From an uncultured Gemmatimonadaceae bacterium (GTDB lineage: Bacteria > Gemmatimonadota > Gemmatimonadetes > Gemmatimonadales > Gemmatimonadaceae): DNA of 64,000 nucleotides. The translations under genes and the position numbers were made by a program. The notes beneath the pieces were generated by a model. The model was not told the origin of the DNA. It made no database searches and saw only the letters and a program-made list of their open reading frames with translations. How positions within the stretch are numbered: the stretch's first letter is position 1; every line of letters begins with the position of its first letter. Location of the stretch: contig CAWBOC010000007.1 of NCBI GenBank assembly GCA_963790305.1, positions 128,001-192,000 on the forward strand, in the 5' to 3' direction. Shown here piece by piece: positions 36,918 through 48,354 of this stretch.

Positions 36918-39181
36918 TGGGTTGTCTCTACGGAGGGTGACGATTCGATCCGGTCGCTCTTCGACGCGGCCAATGTTCGGACTCCGGACGGCAATGCCGC
37001 CGCGCGTTCGAGCGCGCCGATCACGATGCCGGAGGTAAGCAGTGTGGGCAGGATGATGGGCGCAGCATCTCGCGCTCGAGGGTAGATGACGACGAAGGGC
37101 ACACTGGTGCGCCCGAATGCGGCGAGCGCGCGCGTGACGACGGAGTCGCGGGTGGTCCAGTCGGCGCGCAGCAGCGCGACGTCGTGATCACGAAGTGCCG
37201 TGCGAACTGCTTTCAATGCGAAGGCGACGCGCTCGTTGACTTTGCACGTTAGGCACCAGTCCGCCGTAAAGTCGAGCAGGACGATCCGATTAGTGTCGCG
37301 CTGTGCGGCCAGCAGCTCCGCGCTGTACGGCCTCCATCCCAGCGCATCCTCGCCCGTGCCTGGCGACGTCTCCCTCCCCAACTGCACGACCCCCTGGTCC
37401 GATGCACTGTGCGCGCTCGCATTCGAAACGAGCGCAAGCGCGCCGACGGCCGACGCGAGCGCGAACAGTCGTGCGAGCCGACGGCGCCCCGTCGGCTCCG
37501 CGATGGTGCCGAACCGGCCGAGCGCCCATAGCCCGAATGCGAGCAGGGTGCACGCGGCGAGCAGGGCGACCAGCGCGCTCACGCCGGCCTGCCGGCCGAG
37601 CACCCAGGCAAGCCACACGACGGTTGCGAAGAGCGGGAAGGCAAGCACCTGGCGGAGCGTGACCATCCAGGCGCCCGGCTTCGGCAACCATGCACGCAGG
37701 CGTGGGACTGCTGCGACCAGTGCAAGCGGCCAGATAAGGCCGAGCCCCAGCGCGGTGAACACGACGAACGACTCGACCGCTCCTGTCGTGACCGCGTATG
37801 CGACCGCCGCCGCGAGGAATGGGGCGGAGCATGGCGTCGCCAGTGCAGTGACGAGCACGCCGCCCATGAATGCATCGACGCTGCGCGGTGCACGGCTCGC
37901 CGCGGTAGAGAGACTCCCCCCGACAGGCACGAGGTCGAACACGCCAGCCATGTTGAGTCCCGCCGCGAAGATGAGCAGTGCGAGCGCGCCCACGACTGTG
38001 GGACTCTGCAGCTGGTAGCCCCATCCGACTTGGGTGCCCGCCGCGCGGAGGGCGAGCAGCACACTCACGAGCACCCACATCGACACGAGCACGCCGCTCG
38101 CGAACAACAGCACGTGCTGCCGCGCTGCCCGCTCGTCGTGTGCGGCCGCCTGCGCAATCCCGAACGTCTTGATCGAGAGCACCGGCAGCACGCATGGCAT
38201 CAGGTTCAGAAGCGTCCCGCCGAGCAGGGCGAACAACGCAGCCGTCAGCAGCGCCCCCACGGAGATCGGGCTCGAGTCCACCGCGCTCAGACCAACCGCG
38301 CTGCGAGCGTCACCTAACGACGGTGCCACCGGTGCGACGATCTCGACTGCGCGATTCGCGCGAGCGCCGATGCTATCAGCGTTCCCGAAGACGACGACAC
38401 CCGACACACGACCGGGTGCGCCGTTCGCGTACTCGGACCGCCGGATGCGCAGCTCGACGAGCGAGTCGACCCAGCGGGCGCGGACCGGCGCGCCGTGATC
38501 GATCACGCCAGCACTGTCCACGAAGAAGTCGATCGCCGCGGTCCGGCTCGGCCGTGCTTCGGACGGCGGGCGCGCGTACAGGATAACGTCCGACGAGTCG
38601 ACTGCCGCGATCGTCGTCCAACCATCCTGGGGCCATGGCGTGCGCTGCCGTTCGGCAATGAGGGCGTTCATCACAGTCGAATCGACCGCCGCACGTACGG
38701 CCACCGGGCGGGCGATCGACAGATCGACGTCGTCCGCGATGCACTCCTCTGCGCAAACGACCCACGTGATTCGGCCCGCGATGCGAGCTGTCGACCCGAC
38801 CCGCGCACTTCGCGGCACCTCGATGGGCGCGGCGAGAAAGAGCTCACGCTCGTACCCATAGCTCGCGAGCGGCGGGGAAGAAATCCGGTGCGGAGCGGGC
38901 CACCTGAACGACCCCGCCTTCCATCCCGACGGAAGGTCCCACACGACGCTCGGCGCGCTGCCGACATCACCCGCGTAGCGCCAATAGGTATGCCATCCGT
39001 GGTTAGGCTCGAGCCGCACGGCAACCCATGTCGTCTCGCCGGGAACGACAGCACGGGCGGCGCTGACGAGCTCCACTTCGATGGGCCGTGCCTCGGTGGC
39101 AGGTACCATCGATGGGGCCTGCGCGTGCGCGCTTGCCGCGAAGAGGACGAGGAAAGCAGCTCGTCCCGCAGGGGATCTCAT
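36914..39181 (-). CDS. dsbD: Protein-disulfide reductase DsbD family
   Basis: GWHTYW, CAEEC, LNLMPCVLP, TPCSAP, DFTADWCLTC. Confidence 0.9.
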   Translation of the reverse strand: MRSPAGRAAFLVLFAASAHAQAPSMVPATEARPIEVELVSAARAVVPGETTWVAVRLEPNHGWHTYWRYAGDVGSAPSVVWDLPSGWKAGSFRWPAPHRISSPPLASYGYERELFLAAPIEVPRSARVGSTARIAGRITWVVCAEECIADDVDLSIARPVAVRAAVDSTVMNALIAERQRTPWPQDGWTTIAAVDSSDVILYARPPSEARPSRTAAIDFFVDSAGVIDHGAPVRARWVDSLVELRIRRSEYANGAPGRVSGVVVFGNADSIGARANRAVEIVAPVAPSLGDARSAVGLSAVDSSPISVGALLTAALFALLGGTLLNLMPCVLPVLSIKTFGIAQAAAHDERAARQHVLLFASGVLVSMWVLVSVLLALRAAGTQVGWGYQLQSPTVVGALALLIFAAGLNMAGVFDLVPVGGSLSTAASRAPRSVDAFMGGVLVTALATPCSAPFLAAAVAYAVTTGAVESFVVFTALGLGLIWPLALVAAVPRLRAWLPKPGAWMVTLRQVLAFPLFATVVWLAWVLGRQAGVSALVALLAACTLLAFGLWALGRFGTIAEPTGRRRLARLFALASAVGALALVSNASAHSASDQGVVQLGRETSPGTGEDALGWRPYSAELLAAQRDTNRIVLLDFTADWCLTCKVNERVAFALKAVRTALRDHDVALLRADWTTRDSVVTRALAAFGRTSVPFVVIYPRARDAAPIILPTLLTSGIVIGALERAAALPSGVRTLAASKSDRIESSPSVETTQ

Positions 39182-39305
39182 GTATTTGACAGACAGAAGG
39201 CGCAGCTGTTCACGTGGGACTCAAGCCTAATGCCGAGAGCAGCAAACAGGCGACGACGGAGCCGGTAGGCGGCCTGATTTGGCGACGAGCGGATCGTTCT
39301 GGCGA

Positions 39306-39372
39306 CGAGTGGCGAGTGGCGAGTGCCGAGTGGGGAGTGGGGAGTGGGGAGTGGGAGTGGGAGTGGGGAGTG
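39306..39372 (+). repeat. GAGTGGG heptamer array, left arm flanking the four-helix-bundle gene
   Basis: cgagtggcgagtggcgagtgccgagtggggagtggggagtggggagtgggagtgggagtggggagtg. Confidence 0.95.
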
Positions 39373-39456
39373 ATTCGGTACTGGTTGCAAGGCATTGACG
39401 GCAATGCGTGACGAGGGGCGGGCGACTCTACCGCATCAAATCCTTCTGCGGCTACA

Positions 39457-39852
39457 ATGAGAGTCCGGAGCTACCAAGATCTCGTGGTTTGGCAAAGAGC
39501 CGTCGATTTTGTCGCCGAGATTTACCGCATCAGCGCCAGATTTCCGCGTGAAGAGCAGTTCGGACTCACCGCGCAGGTGCGCAGGGCCAGCGTGTCCGTC
39601 TCCGCCAACATTGCAGAAGGCTCCGGTCGGGCAACGAGCCGCGATCTCTTGAACTTCCTAAGCCACGCCCGAGGCTCCTTGAAAGAGGCGGAGTCGATGG
39701 TGTTCGTTGCCCAACGCCTTGGGTTTGTGAGCGCTGCAGATTGCACCGAAGCCTTGCGCCTCGCCGACGAAACGAGCCGCATGCTAGCTCGACTGCGAGT
39801 CGGTATTGCGAGGCGCACTCCCCACTCCCCACTCCGCACTCCCCACTGGTGA
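39457..39852 (+). CDS. Four helix bundle protein (23S rRNA intervening-sequence protein / bAvd-like family)
   Basis: SYQDLVVWQRA, FPREEQFGLTAQVRRASVSVSANIAEG, ARGSLKE. Confidence 0.93.
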   Translation: MRVRSYQDLVVWQRAVDFVAEIYRISARFPREEQFGLTAQVRRASVSVSANIAEGSGRATSRDLLNFLSHARGSLKEAESMVFVAQRLGFVSAADCTEALRLADETSRMLARLRVGIARRTPHSPLRTPHW

Positions 39853-39870
39853 CGAGTGGGAGTGGGGAGT
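39816..39870 (-). repeat. Inverted heptamer array (right arm) overlapping the gene 3' end, plus a short outward arm
   Basis: cactccccactccccactccgcactccccact (39816-39847), then gagtgggagtggggagt (39854-39870). Confidence 0.95.
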
Positions 39871-39931
39871 CATCTTGGACAACCCACACACGGTCCTCCG
39901 CGCCTGGAGGCCGATCCTCCGAGGATGAGTA

Positions 39932-41914
39932 ATGAAAGCGTGCATGATGGGCGGTTTCGCGATCCTTCTGCTCTGCGTCGGCGTCGGCCACGCTCAACAA
40001 TCGTCTCAGCTACAGGTCGGAACGCCGGTACGCGCGACGCTGGCAGCGAACGACACGCTCCGATACGTGCTGAACTTGCCGAAGAAGCACTTCGTCGCCG
40101 GCCGAGTTGATCAGGACGGGGTGGACGCGACGGTGACGATCACGGGCCCGGCGGGCAGGCGGGTGCAGCGAGCGGCGCGCGTCGGGCGAGGCGGTCCGGA
40201 GACGTTTGCATTCGCGACGGACACGGCGGGGGGTGGCCGGTACGTGATCGAGGTGGCGCCAGCGACGACCGGGAAAGGGGGCGCCGTGCGCGTGCAGCTC
40301 ACGCGTTCCGGGCCGGTCGCGACCACACCTGAAGGCAAGGTGGACCAGGCCGCCGCACAATTGTACAAAGACACTCCAGGAGCCGTGGTAGGAGTGATCA
40401 AGGGTGGCAAGCTGGCATTCGTGAAGGGATATGGCGCCGCGGATCTGACGTACGGGATGCCCTTCACGGCAGAGACGCCGACGAACATCGGTTCCTCGTC
40501 GAAGCAGTTCACCGGGTTCGCACTCGCCCTGCTGGCATCGCGAGGCAAACTCTCTCTGGACAATGACGTGCGGAAGCACATTCCCGAGCTCAAAGACTTC
40601 GGCAAGAAGATCACCGTGCGTCATCTTCTCTCGCACACCACCGGCTACCGCGAGTTCATCAACACGCTGATCATCGACGGACGTCAGGTGCTGGAGGGGG
40701 ATTACATCGCTCCGGACGAAGCCATCAGGGTGATCAACCGGCAACCGACGCTGCAGAATGAGCCTGGCGCGGAGTTCAACTACAACAACTCGGCGTTCAG
40801 CCTGGCGACCATCGTGGTGGAGCGAGTCACCGGCCGCCCATTCGCGGAGTGGATGCGCGAAGAGGTCTTCCTGCCCCTGGGCATGACGAAGACGTGGGTG
40901 CGCGCGAATCCGGGGCAGATCATACCGAAGCGATCGATTGGCTACATCGCGGGCGACTTCGGTTTTCGCGAGGTGCGCGATCTCCACGGTTCCGCGGGCG
41001 CCGGCGGCATTTATACGACACCGGGCGACGTCGCAAAGTGGATGCACAATTTCAAGACCGGAGAGCTGGGGGGACCGGCGCTCATCAAGGAGATGACGAC
41101 GTCGTTCGTGCTGAACGACGGGAAGCCATCGAACTACGGTTACGGTGTGTTTCTCGACTCGACCCGCGGTGTGCGGCGGTGGCAGCACGGCGGCAACGAT
41201 ATCGCGCACAGTTCCACGTTCGTGTACTACCCCGACCTCGACGCCGGTTACGTCGTGTTCAGCAACTACCAGGGCGTGCCCGGCGGAATCGCGGGTGTCG
41301 TGGCCGACGCCTTCTTTGGTCAGCATATGAGGGCACCCCAACTCGCGAGCGCGACCTCGGGGGGAAGCGTCGACGTGCCTGCTTCTACCCTACGGCGCTA
41401 TGCCGGTAAATACGAGATGACGACACTCGGCGGCATGCTGCTCACTGTGGAACTGCAGGGCCGCGAGCTGCAGCTGCAGGTTCCGGGACAGCCGGCGCTC
41501 CCGCTGCGTCCGACGTCCATGACCTCGTTCGAAGTGGTCGGTGCGCCGGCGCGAATCACCTTCAACACGGCCGCGGACAGCGCAGTGGAGGGGATCACCT
41601 TCCAGCAAGGCGGGGAGCACCCCGGCCGACGCGTCGTAGAGAAACCGCCGGCGGACCTCAGCATCTTCGCTGGTCGCTATTTCAGCGAGGAGCTCGAGAC
41701 GTACTATGACTTGAGCGTCGAGGACGGGAAACTCGTCATCCGGCACCGTCGTTTCGGGCCGGTAACGCTGACGCACACCAGTGGGGATTCCTTCTCCGGA
41801 CCGTTGCCCGTGACGCAGGTCGCCTTCCGCCGCGATGCGGACGGCAATGTCACGGGATTTGACGCCGGCAACGGAAGGGCACGCGGGATCCTGTTCAAGA
41901 AAGTCAGCCGGTAG
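39932..41914 (+). CDS. Serine hydrolase (beta-lactamase/AmpC-like family), secreted
   Basis: SSSK (SxxK), LLSHTTG, FNYNN, HGG; signal peptide. Confidence 0.9.
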   Translation: MKACMMGGFAILLLCVGVGHAQQSSQLQVGTPVRATLAANDTLRYVLNLPKKHFVAGRVDQDGVDATVTITGPAGRRVQRAARVGRGGPETFAFATDTAGGGRYVIEVAPATTGKGGAVRVQLTRSGPVATTPEGKVDQAAAQLYKDTPGAVVGVIKGGKLAFVKGYGAADLTYGMPFTAETPTNIGSSSKQFTGFALALLASRGKLSLDNDVRKHIPELKDFGKKITVRHLLSHTTGYREFINTLIIDGRQVLEGDYIAPDEAIRVINRQPTLQNEPGAEFNYNNSAFSLATIVVERVTGRPFAEWMREEVFLPLGMTKTWVRANPGQIIPKRSIGYIAGDFGFREVRDLHGSAGAGGIYTTPGDVAKWMHNFKTGELGGPALIKEMTTSFVLNDGKPSNYGYGVFLDSTRGVRRWQHGGNDIAHSSTFVYYPDLDAGYVVFSNYQGVPGGIAGVVADAFFGQHMRAPQLASATSGGSVDVPASTLRRYAGKYEMTTLGGMLLTVELQGRELQLQVPGQPALPLRPTSMTSFEVVGAPARITFNTAADSAVEGITFQQGGEHPGRRVVEKPPADLSIFAGRYFSEELETYYDLSVEDGKLVIRHRRFGPVTLTHTSGDSFSGPLPVTQVAFRRDADGNVTGFDAGNGRARGILFKKVSR

Positions 41915-41941
41915 CGACAGAGAGTGAGGGTGAGCGGGGCG

Positions 41942-42672
41942 TCATCCAAACCTGTCCCTGAGCCGCGCCCCGAAACGACGGCTCATGGTCAGCGGCTCCG
42001 ACAGGCCGCGTAGGTACACGTGCTGGCTGGCGTGCGACCACGGCTCCAGTCGCTCGACGTACTCGAGGTTCACGATGGTGGAGCGGTGGATGCGCACGAA
42101 CTGCCGGTCGGGGAGGCGCTGCTCCCATTCCCGGAGCGACTTCGCCGACGGCTTGCGCGTTAGGTGCGGCGCCAGGAGCAGCTTGGAACCGTCGCCCTCC
42201 GCCTCGATCGCCGCGATGTCGCGCACCCGGACGAAGACACGCTCGTGGCCGAGGCGCAGGAGCAGGCGGTCGTCGTAGGTGAGCGACTCGAGGCGGGGCG
42301 CTGGCGGCTGCGCGGCCGCGAGTCGGCTCACCGTCACGGCGAGCCGCTCCGGCGCCACCGGCTTGAGCAGGTAATCGAGAGCGTTCACCTCGAAGGCGCG
42401 GAGGGTGTACTCGTCGTACGCGGTCACGAACACGACGTCCACATCCGCGCCCAGCAGCGGCAGCAGGTCCATCCCCGTCTCACCGGCGAGCTGGATGTCG
42501 AGGAACACCACGTCGGCATCCGTGGCGTGGACGAGCTCCGCTGCGCGGGCCACCGAGGCGGCCTCGCCCACGATGTGCACCTGCTCGGCGTGCGTCTCCT
42601 CGAGCAGCGTCCGCAGCTCGCGCCGGGCGAGCCGCTCATCGTCCACAAGGATAGCGTGACGCCGGCGTTGGC

Positions 42673-42676
<4 letters not shown>
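41942..42676 (-). CDS. LytTR family response regulator
   Basis: VDDE, FLDIQ, FVTAYDEY, DYLLKP, FVRIHRSTIVN. Confidence 0.93.
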
Positions 42677-43857
<1,181 letters not shown>

Positions 43858-43858
43858 C

Positions 43859-46489
43859 TTAGCCCGCCGACGAGGACGCCGGCCGCCTCGCCAACAGGGC
43901 CTGGAACCGCGGATCCCCCCGGAGCGGCGCCCAGGTCGGATCCACTCGCAGGTAAGCGGGCGTGTAGATCGACGGTGTCGCCAGCAGCTCGCCGAGCCAC
44001 GCCAGCGCCGCGTCGCGCTCGCCGGCCACGACCGCGGCCTCGGCCGCGAAGAACAGGATGTCCGGGAGGTTCCGTGAGACGCCGCCGCCGGCGAGCCGCC
44101 GCTCCGTCGCGATCGCGCGCCGCGCCAGGTCCAGGGCGGCCTTTCCGCGGCCGCGGAAGGCCTCGGCCGAGGCGAGGCCGCTCATCAGACGCGTGTCGTC
44201 CGGCACGTCCCGCAGCTCGAGTCGCCTCAGCCGCTGCGCAGAGTCCGCCCATTGGCGCATGCGCGCCGAGTCGCCCTCGAGGTAGTAGTGCCTTGCGCGC
44301 ACGAGCGCCATCCCGCTCGCACCGTCCGGGAACGCCTCGGGTCCGAGCGCCAGCAGCCGACGTAGGTCGGCGGCGGCGAGCACCCAGCTGACCGCGTTGC
44401 TCCCGAGGTCTCCCAGCACCTGGTCGGCCGGCAGGTCGCGCATCGCCTGCTCGGCGACGCGCCGGGCGGCCGCGGTGTCGCCCGCGGCGAGCTCGAAGCC
44501 GACGCGCGGGGCGGCCGCGCGGACGGCCGGCGACATGGTCCATGCCTGGCTCGCCAGCTCTCTCGCCTCCGAGATCCGGCCGAGCGCGCCGAGCACGTCG
44601 GCCAGCGCGCGCGACGGGAGCCGGGGGTCGAGCCGCCTCGCCTTGTCGAAGTACGGCAGCGCCTCCTCCAGGCGCCCGACATCGAACAGCGCAACGGCGA
44701 AGCTGGCGTTGGTCAACGCGTCGTTCGGGTTCGCGACCACCGCCCGCCGCAGCTCGCCGAGCGCTCGCACCTTGTCGCGCTCCACGAGGCGCAGGTACAG
44801 ACCGTTGGCCTCGGCGCCGGTCCCCCCAGCGGGATCGAGCGCGAGGGTCCGCAGCGCCGCCGTGCGCGCTCGCTCCGCCAGCACCCGCGTCGGGACACCG
44901 TTCGCGTACGCGAGCACAAGCGCGCTCGCGAGCCCGCCCCACGCTTCCACCATCGTGCTGTCGCGCGCGACGGCGGCCTCGTAGAGCGGGACGGCCGCAA
45001 GGTTGGAGGCGGCGTCGCTTCGCGCGCCCCAGTCCACCCGCGCCTGAGCCTTCAGGTACAGGTCATAGGCCGCCGGGTCGCGCACCGTGACCTCCGTCGC
45101 GCGCGACCGACTCTCCGCCGACGCCGGCAGCTCCATGGCGGAGACGACCCGACCTGCGATCTCTGACTGCATTCCGACGACGTCTCGGAACTCCGCCTCG
45201 AAGGGGGCCTGCCAGCGGCTCTGCGCGCGTCCATCGGCCCTCACCTCCACCAGCTCCGGGCGGACCACGACGCGCCGCTCGATGCCGCTCCCCAGCACGC
45301 GCACAGTGCCGGTGAGCAGATAGCGGACGCCCAGCTCCTCCGCGATCTCGGCCGGCGAGCTGCCGCCCCCCGCGTACCGGTTCGAGCTCGCGCGCGCGAT
45401 TACCATCAGCTCGCGCACGCGTGTGAGCCGGCCCCGGATTTCGTCGGTGATCCCGTCCGTCACGTACGCGTCGGCGCTGTCGCCCTGGTGCTCGAACGGA
45501 AGCACGGCGAGCCCGGGCGTCGCGTCCGCAGCGGGGGCGGGTGCACGGTTGGCGAGGTAGCCACCGAGCCCTACCAGCCCGGCGAGCATGGCGACTGCCG
45601 CGCCCGCGAGCCGCCGGCGCGGCGCCGCGCGCCCGCCCGACGGAATGGCATCGAGCGCCGCGAGCACCGCCGACGCATCTGCGGGACGCTCCGACGGGTC
45701 CTTGGCAAGGCACGCCATCACGAGCGCGCCGAGGCCCGGCGGGAGCCCAGGCTTCCGCTCGTCCAGCGGCGCCGGCGTCTCCGCCACCTGGGCTGCGACG
45801 AGCTGGCGCTGGGTCTTCTTCTCGCCGAACGGATGCGCGCCGGCGAGCAGCTCGTACGCCACCATCCCCCAGGCGTACAGGTCGGCGCGGTGGTTAGTGT
45901 GGTCGCCGACTGCCTGCTCCGGAGCCATGTACGCGGGGGTGCCGAGCGACGTGCCGACCAACGTGAGCGCCGCCGTGCCCGCGTCGGCGCGGGCGACGCT
46001 CATAGCCTTGGCGATCCCGAAATCGGCGACCACGGCGATGCGCCCGGCGAGGAGCACATTCTCCGGCTTGATGTCGCGGTGAACGACTCCGTGTGCGTGT
46101 GCGTACTCGAGCGCCTCCGCTACGTCGCGCAGAACGCGCAGCGCCTCGTCCAGAGGGAGCCGGGCCCGCTCCATCCGAGCCCGCAACGACTCCCCCGTGA
46201 CGAACGGCATGGTGTAGTACGGGAGCCCGTCGTCCGTCTGCGCCGCAGTGAGCACGGGGACGATGTGCGGGTGCTGCAGCGCGGCGGCCAGGCGGATCTC
46301 GCGCGTGAAGCGCTCGGCGCTCATCCCCTCGGCGGTCTCCGGGGAGAGCACCTTCACCACGACCTGGCGGCCGAGTGCCGGGTCGGTGGCGACGAACACG
46401 CGCGCCATGCCGCCGCCGCCTAGCTCGCGCTCGAGCGTGTAGGCGGCGCCCAGCGAGGACTGGAGCCGGTCGCGGAGCTGGTCGGGCAC
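43859..46489 (-). CDS. Ser/Thr protein kinase with TM, TolB-like and TPR regions
   Basis: GGGGMARV, VVVK, HRDIKPEN, DFG, GTPAYMAPE; LAVLPF; LRGDPRF. Confidence 0.93.
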   Translation of the reverse strand: MPDQLRDRLQSSLGAAYTLERELGGGGMARVFVATDPALGRQVVVKVLSPETAEGMSAERFTREIRLAAALQHPHIVPVLTAAQTDDGLPYYTMPFVTGESLRARMERARLPLDEALRVLRDVAEALEYAHAHGVVHRDIKPENVLLAGRIAVVADFGIAKAMSVARADAGTAALTLVGTSLGTPAYMAPEQAVGDHTNHRADLYAWGMVAYELLAGAHPFGEKKTQRQLVAAQVAETPAPLDERKPGLPPGLGALVMACLAKDPSERPADASAVLAALDAIPSGGRAAPRRRLAGAAVAMLAGLVGLGGYLANRAPAPAADATPGLAVLPFEHQGDSADAYVTDGITDEIRGRLTRVRELMVIARASSNRYAGGGSSPAEIAEELGVRYLLTGTVRVLGSGIERRVVVRPELVEVRADGRAQSRWQAPFEAEFRDVVGMQSEIAGRVVSAMELPASAESRSRATEVTVRDPAAYDLYLKAQARVDWGARSDAASNLAAVPLYEAAVARDSTMVEAWGGLASALVLAYANGVPTRVLAERARTAALRTLALDPAGGTGAEANGLYLRLVERDKVRALGELRRAVVANPNDALTNASFAVALFDVGRLEEALPYFDKARRLDPRLPSRALADVLGALGRISEARELASQAWTMSPAVRAAAPRVGFELAAGDTAAARRVAEQAMRDLPADQVLGDLGSNAVSWVLAAADLRRLLALGPEAFPDGASGMALVRARHYYLEGDSARMRQWADSAQRLRRLELRDVPDDTRLMSGLASAEAFRGRGKAALDLARRAIATERRLAGGGVSRNLPDILFFAAEAAVVAGERDAALAWLGELLATPSIYTPAYLRVDPTWAPLRGDPRFQALLARRPASSSAG

Positions 46490-46553
46490 GGGATCCTGGC
46501 GCGAGGTGACGAGCCGCGAATAATTAGGCTTCGCACTACAATCCGCAAACGAA

Positions 46554-46585
46554 TGGCCCCGCGTCACCGAAGTAACGCGGGGCCA
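46554..46585 (-). terminator. Hairpin downstream of tRNA-Gln
   Basis: tggccccgcgt-caccgaagta-acgcggggcca. Confidence 0.65.
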
Positions 46586-46597
46586 AGCGCTTGAAAG

Positions 46598-46670
46598 TTG
46601 CCCCTCCTGGGCTCGAACCAGGACTCTCCTGATCCAGAGTCAGGCGTGTTGCCAGTTACACCAAGGGGCA
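46598..46670 (-). tRNA. tRNA-Gln(CTG), CCA not encoded
   Basis: UGCCCCU/AGGGGCA acceptor stem, anticodon arm ctgactCTGgatcag, GGTTCGAG T-loop. Confidence 0.95.
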
Positions 46671-46693
46671 GAAGCAGTTTTGTGCGGACCCTA

Positions 46694-46722
46694 AACGTAT
46701 CCGCGGCAACCCCTTCGATCAA
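46694..46722 (-). promoter_or_regulatory. Putative sigma70 promoter for tRNA-Gln
   Basis: TTGATC-17-TACGTT. Confidence 0.6.
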
Positions 46723-46767
46723 CCCCGCCCGCCTTTCGCACCCCCGGTCCGCCGGAGACATTGCGGG

Positions 46768-48077
46768 GTGTTTTCGAGTCGCCCTGCGGCGTTGTCGCTG
46801 CTTCTTCTGCCCTTCGCGGTCGCGTGTCGTGAGGCTGTTCCTGCCCTGGGAACTACCCCAGATCGCGCGACTCGCCACGCCTCGATCATGCTCAACGCGC
46901 TCGCCGATCGCTTTGGTGTCGTCGAGCTCTCACCCGAAATCGCGACGACGCGCCCGCGGCTCGCCCGGTACAGCACCACTCCGTCGCGACTCGTCGACGA
47001 CACGGAGTCTATGGACGAGTCGTGGCGAGGATGATCGCACGATCGAGATCGCCGGTGCGCGACGCGCCGGGCGTTACACCCTCTTTCATCATCCAGGCGC
47101 GCCCCCGCCTCGCGATCCAGGGGAGGCGCGACATGTCATGCGTCTCCAGATCCTCGGCGACGACGAGTTCCGGTGGACGTCCGTCGACGAGGTCGCACTC
47201 GGAGCGATCACCATCGCCGACCTCGACCGCGCACTGACCGCCGATTCTTCTCGTCGCCGAGCAAGGTGATCCAGCAGCCGCGCGCGTCGCGACACGCATC
47301 GCTTTTCCACGAGCATCGGCGTCGTTGTCGCGCATGTTCGTCATCGATTCCGTTCGCGCGTCGCGCAGCGCCGATGGTGCGACATCGGTGGTTCTCGGTC
47401 TCGGGCTGAGGCCAGGTCAGGCGGAGCGGCACTTCCAGTCGCTGGGTCCCTACGCGCGCAAGTATTGGGTGCCGATTCGTTGGCGCATGAGTGTCGAGGA
47501 CTCACTCGGAACACGCTGGGGTGAGTTCACCAAGCGCGATTCCTCGATCGTTCTCCGGTTTCGAGTGCACGAGGGATCGCTGGCACCCTTTGGCGCGCCG
47601 CCGCGTCGCGTCGGGGCGCACCTGCGCCTAACTGCTGACGCGTCGGTGAAGGTGGGACCGTTCCGCGTGGGCGTACGCAATCTGGACGGGCGTGTGCTGC
47701 GGTTGGCCGACCGCGATCACCTCGCGATGGCTCTTCGCTTTTCCACCGAACCGGAATGGCAGCTGCCGCCACTAGTCGCACGACTGCTGCGCTCCCCGCT
47801 CCGCCGTCCCTTCGAGGGCGGGGGCGCCCTCATGCGCTATGGCGTGCGCACCGACGCGCAGCCGGACGATACGGTATCGACGGTATGGCGCGACATCAAT
47901 GTCACCGTGCGCGAAAGCGGAATCCTCCGCTTTTTCGGTCGCCTCGGCGGTACCGCACTCGGCGATTTTCGACAAGGCGCCGAGAAGGAGGCGGAGCAGT
48001 TGTGGGAGGAGTCGCTGCGAGGCCTGGCGGCCGACGTGGCCGGTCGCGAATGCGGAATTCGGAATGCGGAATGTTGA
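46768..48077 (+). CDS. Hypothetical lipoprotein, multiply frameshifted (about 47000-47330)
   Basis: Lipobox AVAC; protein-like pieces in successive frames; last codons run into a repeat. Confidence 0.55.
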
Positions 48078-48107
48078 TTCAAACACTTCCGGATTCCGCA
48101 TTCCGCC
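48046..48107. repeat. CGGAATG heptamer inverted-repeat element
   Basis: gcgaatgcggaattcggaatgcggaatg...ttccggattccgcattccgc. Confidence 0.85.
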
Positions 48108-48123
48108 TTCGACATGAGACCCG

Positions 48124-48157
48124 AAAAAGAAAACGCCGCGGATGTTGATCCGCGGCG
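48124..48157 (-). terminator. Rho-independent terminator of the tRNA-Ala transcript
   Basis: Minus strand CGCCGCGGAT-CAAC-ATCCGCGGCG followed by TTTTCTTTTT. Confidence 0.9.
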
Positions 48158-48180
48158 ATTGCCTCATTCGATCGAGCGAG

Positions 48181-48348
48181 GGGTATGCCTCGCGCGCCGT
48201 CATTGGAACTCTGCGTCCTACCGAGCGGCGGCGGGCAACCCATTCAAAGTGGGTTGACCGAATCTCTTCATTGGAACTCTACGTCCTACCGAAAGAGACC
48301 GGCAACCGAGTCGAGTGTCGGCGCAACCACTAATTCAGGTTGCATGCC
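48181..48348 (-). ncRNA. Putative structured RNA: two homologous hairpins plus a third GCAACC/GGTTGC hairpin in the tRNA-Ala trailer
   Basis: 25-nt repeat at 48200-48224 and 48268-48292 (24/25 identical) enclosed by different but pairing stems. Confidence 0.65.
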
Positions 48349-48354
48349 AGAAAA

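Noticed and set aside
39457..39852. Diversity-generating retroelement or rRNA intervening sequence
   Set aside because: No reverse transcriptase, no template/variable repeat pair seen, and no rRNA in the window
39932..41914. Antibiotic-resistance module (beta-lactamase with BlaI/BlaR)
   Set aside because: The serine hydrolase is a generic family member about 19 kb from BlaI/M56, which has no penicillin-binding domain
46598..46670. tRNA-anchored genomic island
   Set aside because: No integrase, and no duplicated tRNA 3' end noticed in the window
48200..48292. Mini CRISPR array (25-nt repeats, 43-nt spacer)
   Set aside because: Only two repeats, no cas genes, and the spacer base-pairs with the flanks to build stems
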